Of a stretch of 15,614 bases of DNA, positions 8,741 to 15,614 are shown in pieces. A model generated the notes under the pieces. That model was not told the DNA's origin. It worked only from the letters and a program-made list of their open reading frames with translations, and made no database searches. The position numbers and the translations under genes are program-made. Position 1 is the first letter of the stretch, and each line of letters opens with the position of its first letter. Origin of the DNA: Octopus sinensis (taxonomy: Eukaryota). The stretch is from the NCBI RefSeq assembly GCF_006345805.1, contig NW_021825427.1:1-15614 (forward strand). The letters run 5' to 3'.

Positions 8741-9796
8741 GGCCTCATTAGTCACCAGAGGCATAAACCCGGACACAGTGGTCAAGTAGAAACCAAATAA
8801 ATCCTCATACACAAGATAAAACGCAGCCGCCGCCGACGACGACGACGACCATATATTCAGATATTATAAATGTAAAAATTTTAATTATATATTATGCAAC
8901 TCATTGTTTTGTTTTGTGCATAATCTCTTGGATGAAACTGGTCTGTGGTGCCAAAATGTTTGGGGATTGCTACTCTAGGAATTCTACCATTTCGCCAGTA
9001 ATCATTAGTCTACGGGTTCAAATCACACTAGGGAAAATTATGCAATAACCCTATCAACAAGGATACCTCTCTCTATTCTAAAATGTTTTAAGACTAAATG
9101 ATATTCATTCAGGTTTTCTATCGCTCAACGTATATACTCTATGCTCTCTTTCTTCCTCATATACTTAATCAGTTATTCAAGCGCATGCGTGTGCTTTTGT
9201 TAAAACGGCCGAGGAAATTTCCCGTGCGTCCATTTCAAATTGTTCTTTGTGTGGGAGTTTAAAAAAATAGAAGTTCGATTAGAGAACTTTTTTATGTGAT
9301 GTAACTTCGAAAACAATCTCAGATAAAGAAGACAAAAGCCAAATGGCAAAACACAAAGATCGCTTAATTCAAAAACTGTAAAACGGAACAGTAATTGGTT
9401 AGAAAATATTTAGTGAGAGAGAAAGCAAGTGAAAGAGACAGAAGAGGGATAGGAAATGGAAGGGAGGGAGAAAGAGACAGGGAGAAAAGAAGAAAGATTG
9501 GGAAAAGGTTGAAGGTGAGAGATTAACAGATATGTAGCGCATTTGGTTTCTTTTGTGCTTTTGTTTCCGGATCGGCGGTGGGTAATGTAAGTGAGGTTTT
9601 CTAATGGGCTGTTCATCAGTAATTCCCTGCTTGATTAGGTTGGAAGAGGCAATCATGTAAAATCGAGAGGACGCACATAATTTACTTCTAAACAAACAGA
9701 AGAGATGTTTTTGCTAGTTTGATGGGTCCTTAGCCAATGGTGTTCAATTTACTTTCGTTTTCTAATCAAATATCAGGGCAAAAATCTATAAAATAG

Positions 9797-9823
9797 ACAC
9801 ATACACACATTCACGCACACACA

Positions 9824-9854
<31 letters not shown>

Positions 9855-10378
9855 CCACATATGTACATAAATGTATATGAAAATATGTATGTGTGTGTGG
9901 GATACATAGATAGATAAATAGATAGATAGGTAGATAGATATAGAAATAGAGAGAGAAAGAGGGTAAGAAATAGAAAGAGAGAGAGAGAGAGAGAGCGGCA
10001 GAAGAGAGAGAGAGAGGGAGAAACGCAGAAAAAGTAATTGGTGCTTTTGAACTTAATATAACATCAGCGCGTTTCTGCCGGGAGTCCATTTTTAAATTAC
10101 ACACACGTGCACATAAACGCTCGAACATGCATATGAAACATCTTTAGACATAGGTGTATGCGTGAGTATATATGTGTGGGTGTATGTATACATACATATA
10201 AACACATGTATGGTTAAATACGCATCACTTCATTCTATATTCATATTCACACATACACACGTATATATGTATATATGTATACATGTATATGCTTATATAT
10301 GTGTATATACATCTGTATATATATTAATGTATGTATGTATATATATAAATATATATATATATTTTAATGTATGTGTAT
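9797..10378. repeat. Compound microsatellites (CA)n, (GATA)n, (GA)n, (TA/TG)n with a short unique spacer
   Basis: Tracts at about 9797-10020 and 10153-10378. Confidence 0.9.
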
Positions 10379-10394
10379 TTCAACAATCTCTTAC

Positions 10395-10442
10395 ATGACT
10401 TGCTTCCATCCTTCGAAAGTTCGAATTTTAGAAATTAACATT
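10395..10442 (-). CDS. Candidate 48-nt start-codon exon (coding part 10409-10395, MEASH)
   Basis: Minus strand: atatttcag|AATG...TTCTAA...GAAGGATGGAAGCAAGTCAT|gtaaga. The ATG has -3 A, +4 G and an upstream in-frame TAA; the exon ends in phase 0. Confidence 0.25.
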
Positions 10443-11539
10443 CTGAAATATTCCATTGAATCGCATTATCTTTCAGAATTACAGCTGTAATTCTTTAGAA
10501 ACACATCCGTAGTAGTGGTGGTGGTGGAAACCGTCATGTAACTTTGGGAGAACATGGATACGTGGCGGCGGTGATTTCTGCTCAGAAATACATGATCTGA
10601 AGTGGTAGAAGAACTCGTAAAATAAAGCGATATGCTTGTTAATTATCTTTGTGATTCAGTGTCAGGTTCTGCAGATAAGATTGAACAATGCGTTATCGTA
10701 ACAGATGCACAATTGATTTAACTAGAAAACATACTCTATTCTTTTGTTGGAATATGCGCTGCTTTTGCACAGCTTCATATTGTGTCTGATGTTGGTCCGA
10801 ACACAAATGATTTGTACTCTACGCCTCGTTGAAAAGTGCACTTTATTACACGCCGTTTGCTTATGTGGTGTTGCGTGTATTTGGTAAACTTTGTATGTTA
10901 TTCCTGGATTTGTGGTAATCTCTTCCCATTCATTGCTTTCAATATGTTTCCAGAAATTGTACAGCAAGTTATTTATAATATCAGGAATTCGTACTCTTAG
11001 CATGCACTTCAGATATACCAGGAACAAGAAGATAAATATCAGACTTATAGTAAGGTTGTGTATGAATGTGTGTGTTTATGCGAGCGATTTGTAAGAAATC
11101 GTTAAAAAGTTTACGATTTCTATAAACATCTTAAAAGTAGAACGCGTATCTGCCACATGCACAAGAATTCTCATTCATTATCATGTTCAGTGGGCGAGAA
11201 GACCATGTTTCATTGACAAAGCATTCATGAAGGTTGTAGAAATGCATAATGGAAGGAAGTAATTGTATCGATATAAGATGTATTGATATAAACCCATTTA
11301 AGTGTTTTTCAGGAGATATCAGATTTTGGTTCATCAGAAAATATTTAAGAGCAGTTATCAGTAATGGAGAGAAACGGCAGAAATAAACTGTTTTTTTTTC
11401 CCCCTTTTTCCTTTTTTTTTTTACTTAACTTGTTTGTGATGGCAATATTGAAGAAATAGTTTCACTCTTTCATCAATACGAATTTCTGAAGACACAAAAG
11501 TGTCTAATCAATACGGTTTGATAGTCTGCTGATGGAAAC

Positions 11540-11564
11540 TATATATATATATATATATATATAT

Positions 11565-11624
<60 letters not shown>

Positions 11625-11635
11625 ATATATGTATG

Positions 11636-11667
<32 letters not shown>

Positions 11668-11759
11668 ATATAGAAATATATGTATGTGTGTGTGTGTATG
11701 TGTATGAGTGTATACATATCAATACAGTTTGATTGCCTGTTGATGGAAATTATATATAC

Positions 11760-11835
<76 letters not shown>

Positions 11836-11900
11836 GTGTGTATATGTATACATATATATATATATGTATGTATGTATGTATTTATGTATGTATAAATGTA
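11540..11900. repeat. (TA)n-dominated compound microsatellite in two blocks
   Basis: Directly visible; each block is preceded by a copy of the same 35-bp unique sequence (11507, 11718). Confidence 0.95.
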
Positions 11901-12127
11901 TGATGTGGTACTTGGAAAAGAATTTTTCAGTTCCAAAGTAGAATATTTCCATTGATAATATTTCTTACGTCAATGGTCACCGAGTTCAATCATAAACGCC
12001 ACAATATTGCTTGAAGAAGACAATTAAGATTTACCAACCAGCGATGAAGCTTTTTTCTCGAGTTTATGGTAAAAGTTTTCCCCAAAGTGTTACATAATAG
12101 TATCCAGTTCCCTGACAAAAATACTTA

Positions 12128-12289
12128 GATCACCGATACTTGGAGGCTGTTCTCATAGCAGCTGGTTTCGGTTCCGTCTTCCGCGGTTGGATAGCTGCCT
12201 TGTACAGAGGCATCCGTTCGGTAATTCGCGTGAATGGACATCTATCGACACCTTTCGACATAGCACGTTCGGACCGTCAGGGATGCCCT
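12128..12289 (+). mobile_element. Internal fragment of an L1/Tx1-clade LINE reverse transcriptase
   Basis: DHRYLEAVLIAAGFGSVFRGWIAALYRGIRSVIRVNGHLSTPFDIARSDRQGCP matches the L1/Tx1 RT segment between AFDRV and RQGCPLSP. Confidence 0.88.
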
Positions 12290-12301
12290 GTGTGGCCAAT
12301 A

Positions 12302-12397
<96 letters not shown>

Positions 12398-12435
12398 GTC
12401 TATCTATCTATCTATCTATCTATCTACCTACCTAC

Positions 12436-12486
<51 letters not shown>

Positions 12487-12506
12487 ACTATCTATCTATC
12501 TATCTA

Positions 12507-12537
<31 letters not shown>

Positions 12538-12600
12538 GACTGTCTGTTTGTCTGTCTGTCTGGCTGTCTGTCTGTCTGTCAGTCTGTCTGTCTGTCTGTC
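12302..12600. repeat. (TCTA)n grading into (TCTG)n microsatellite
   Basis: TCTA to about 12508, TCTG thereafter. Confidence 0.97.
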
Positions 12601-12758
12601 CGTTTGTGTGCGTGTGTAGAGCCCAATTGTTTTATGGCCGCGAGCCGGCCTCTGCTTATTACTTGTAGCTGGCCGAGTCGACACATTGAGATTCATGTAT
12701 TTCTCTGATAGTGATGCGTTCAGTTAAAAAGTAAAAACTTAAAACCTACTTCACATTC

Positions 12759-13232
12759 TATAAAGATATTGAACATTTTGAATTCCAACGCAGTGATAAC
12801 AAAAAAGAAAAAGAAAAAGACAAAGAAACAAAACTGCCGATGTAAAATTATTCCTTAGACCGACGTTTGATATTAAACACGAAAAATATCAACCAGAAGC
12901 TAATTGAAAAATATACAGAAATAATAACTTAATGCATAAAGAGAGATTTATAAAGATATATTTGTTACCACTTAAGAACGAAATAGTTTTATATCTTAAA
13001 ACACTACACTTCAATATAAATCGAGAACAGAAAAGCAAATAATTCTTTTAAAACTGATATAAACATGTAGTTTTGTAGAGGTCAAGTCTTTGTGTCTATG
13101 TGGATGTGTGTGAAACTATCTGTGGATGTATATATTACATAAATAGAGCTGCATTGAAAGGCGTGTATATAAAGATACTGAACATTTTGAATTCCAACGC
13201 AGTGAGAAAAGAAAAAAAGGAAAAAGACAAAG
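12759..13232 (+). repeat. Dispersed direct repeat pair of ~65 bp (12759-12825 and 13168-13232)
   Basis: Shared exact 27-mer tgaacattttgaattccaacgcagtga, preceded by tataaagata and followed by an A-rich tract ending gaaaaagacaaag. Confidence 0.9.
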
Positions 13233-13258
13233 CAAAGAATATTAGACATATATATATA

Positions 13259-13318
<60 letters not shown>

Positions 13319-13336
13319 ATGTGTGTGTGTGTGTGT

Positions 13337-13620
13337 GGTGGTTGTCTACTCCTTATACAGAGTTTGACCACCTCCTTTACCTGCACCTTTAAACCATCAC
13401 GGCATCTTATGTAGCTTTTTGAACTAGACAATGTTTTGAAAAGCCATCCACATAGATTGCATATCCGATTTGAAGCTGCAGATAAGATTTGATTTTTGTG
13501 GATTATAAGATGTCTTTTAACGCCTCCGTTGGATTTACACACCTTCTGTCATACATTGGTATTAAAAGGTGTGCACAGACATAAAGGCAGAATAGTTGGT
13601 GGAGGTTCGCTTTCCATGAG
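13337..13620 (-). mobile_element. Probable 3' end of an RTE-type LINE with two decayed C2H2 zinc fingers and a terminal stem-loop
   Basis: Minus frame: TNV*QKVCKSNGGVKRHLIIH (13560-13498) and CNLCGWLFKTLSSSKSYIRCR (13461-13399) both fit C-x2-C-x12-H-x3-H spacing with mutated ligands. Hairpin ggtggtc-aa-actc/gagt-a-gacaacc (13372-13340) runs straight into a (CA)n(TA)n tail. The RTE assignment is from recall. Confidence 0.65.
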
Positions 13621-13906
13621 TTCGCAAGATGTCAGAACAGTACTGGAGGAGTATTTTTCGTCAAGGAAGATACCGATTGTCAAATAAGAAATTTATAAGA
13701 TTAACAGAAACCCCTGTACATTCGAATGAACATTAAATCTATGTAGTTGTTTATACCATATAATATTTTCTTTCCTATTTTTCCGTTTCCGAGTATTAGA
13801 ATGTTTCTAGCATTCAATTTATTTAGAAGCAATAATTTGGCCACCAGTCAAAGCCAGGCACGTGTAGAAAATTTACTGCATGAATTCATATGTAAATAAT
13901 TGTATT

Positions 13907-14134
13907 TAAACAAAATCGAACGCACAAACACAAGGTGTGTGTGTCGTTAGTTTGTGGATCGGCTGCGCCTTTAGGCGCAAGAAAATATACTCTCCATGCG
14001 CAGTGTGTAAGAAACACCTGAAAGCAAGTGACACCCAGGGGCGTTGAGGATATATTCCCTTACGCCTAAAAACTGCAGCTGACCCGCAGACTAGCAACAC
14101 ACACAGCTTGTGTATGTGTGTTCCACATTGTTCA
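13907..14134. repeat. Long imperfect inverted repeat (MITE/foldback-like)
   Basis: 13928-13999 vs the reverse complement of 14041-14113: 56/72 identical plus one gap; weaker match extends to about 13907/14134. Confidence 0.85.
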
Positions 14135-14875
14135 TGCGCATTGAACCGCTTCTGTTTCACATTTGAAATGTATTTAAATTTATATTTTCGTATTTCAGTA
14201 GTTAAAATTTCTATATGTATAATTCTTGTCCTATGCTACTGTATCAAGATGTTCAAGCCTGCTGCTGTAATCCTACTCATGCGTAAGAACACTTAACGTC
14301 CTTCACATGTAAGTCTGTAAAAACTATCTATGCTCTCAGCCAGAATCATTTTTGGAGATATTATTAAAAGAGACGAAAAATTTAATTAGAAATTTCAAGT
14401 TGCAGGCATACTTTCTTTGATAAACAAAATGAAAATGATAATCGCAAATATGTATTTGAATCCTGTAGATATCCATCCAACAACTTATTGCTACAAGCAG
14501 TTGAAACAGAAATGTTCTTACTAATTAAAAATAGAAATCTAACATAACTTAATAATGCCTCCGAGACGAAATTGAACTTCAAGCGACACGACATCAGAAA
14601 ACCCAATCGAAATATGCATTGAAACTGTCAACGCTAAGACTTTATATCTAACAGGCAAACACACATGTTAACGTCACATTGCTAATTTTCTGGTAAAAAT
14701 TGTATACGAGTGAGATGGAATATCTCAGAGGAGATAAAAGTTGAAGGCCAGAAAATTACATCAGACACGAGGTATCGCTAATAGAAACAAACCATCAGAG
14801 CGTCTTACACCAAATCTACTATAGTTGAAGTTTAAAGACACGTGGCGATTTCAACACACGCACACACGTATGGCT

Positions 14876-14921
<46 letters not shown>

Positions 14922-15009
14922 ATATATGGTGTTGTGTGTGTCTTGTGTACACACACACACACCACCGCATATATATGTATGTAGTATGTATGCATGTACA
15001 CACAAAACA

Positions 15010-15187
15010 GCGAGCTGGCAGAATCGTTAGCACGCCGACAAGATGCTCAGAGGTACTTCGTCTGCCGGGGTCGACTTTGCCTTTCATCCTTTCGGAGTCG
15101 ATTAAATAAGTACCAGTTACGCACTGGAGTCGATGTAATCGACTTAATCCCTCTGTTTTTCCCCTCTGTGTTTAGTCCCATGAGGGA

Positions 15188-15192
<5 letters not shown>
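15010..15192 (+). mobile_element. tRNA-derived SINE, family A copy 6, B box deleted
   Basis: gcgagctggcagaatcgttagcacg head, central gcctttcatcctttcggagtcgat block and tail as in the 5458 copy; 26 bp missing at 15067/15068. Confidence 0.92.
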
Positions 15193-15239
<47 letters not shown>

Positions 15240-15457
15240 GTGTATAATAAAAAGTAACAAAAGTAGAATGAGACCTTGATATTAGAGAAAGAGAGGAGTA
15301 TTTATATATGTTATAATTTAGAACAAACAGTAAAAGGTTGTCATTATAGTACTCAGAGTTTTAACTGTCGGAGCGAAGAGCTACGATACATACTCGTCGG
15401 CTATTAATGGTAACCACCGCTATGAAATAGCATTGAATAAACATTACACACACACCC

Positions 15458-15499
<42 letters not shown>

Positions 15500-15614
15500 C
15501 GAGAGAACCACTTATTTTTACCGTTGATGATCAAAAAATTGTCGAAACGGTTTGATATTTGATAAATAAAACCTATTACAGTATTTAAAAATGACTTCCC
15601 GTTTCGAGATTCAC

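Noticed and set aside
8824-8850. (GCC)n(GAC)n trinucleotide run
   Set aside because: A short simple repeat with no surrounding ORF or splice signals.
9181-9223. NRF1-like gcgcatgcg and kappaB-like ggaaatttccc motifs close together
   Set aside because: Motif matches alone cannot support a regulatory call without chromatin or conservation data.
14249-14296. MFKPAAVILLM followed by gtaaga, resembling a signal-peptide exon
   Set aside because: Poor exon-side donor context and no partner exon found downstream in the window.

Overview
AT-rich eukaryotic (animal) genomic DNA, mostly intronic or intergenic. It is saturated with (TA)n, (TATG)n, (TCTA)n and (CA)n microsatellites and retroposon debris. 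The SINE types and microsatellite style suggest a coleoid cephalopod, probably Octopus (recalled similarity, not a search result). There is no intact protein-coding gene, and most ORFs in the track are microsatellite artefacts. Supported content: six copies of one tRNA-derived SINE family (four head-to-tail at 489-1310), one CORE-type SINE, a 5'-truncated CR1-group LINE with one premature stop (4386-5405), a Penelope-like (Neptune-type) GIY-YIG remnant (8169-8740), an L1/Tx1 RT fragment (12128-12289), and a probable RTE-type LINE 3' end with two decayed C2H2 fingers (13337-13620). Most notable structures: a perfect 73-bp-arm palindrome (2020-2182), a (TA)n-centred palindrome split by the LINE insertion (4343-5455), a long transition-rich foldback (13907-14134), and candidate micro-exons. 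Two of these on the minus strand would splice into a signal-peptide-like N-terminus (MEASHICLLIIFLAINV). I see no convincing novel multi-gene system; the findings are structural or hypothesis-level.
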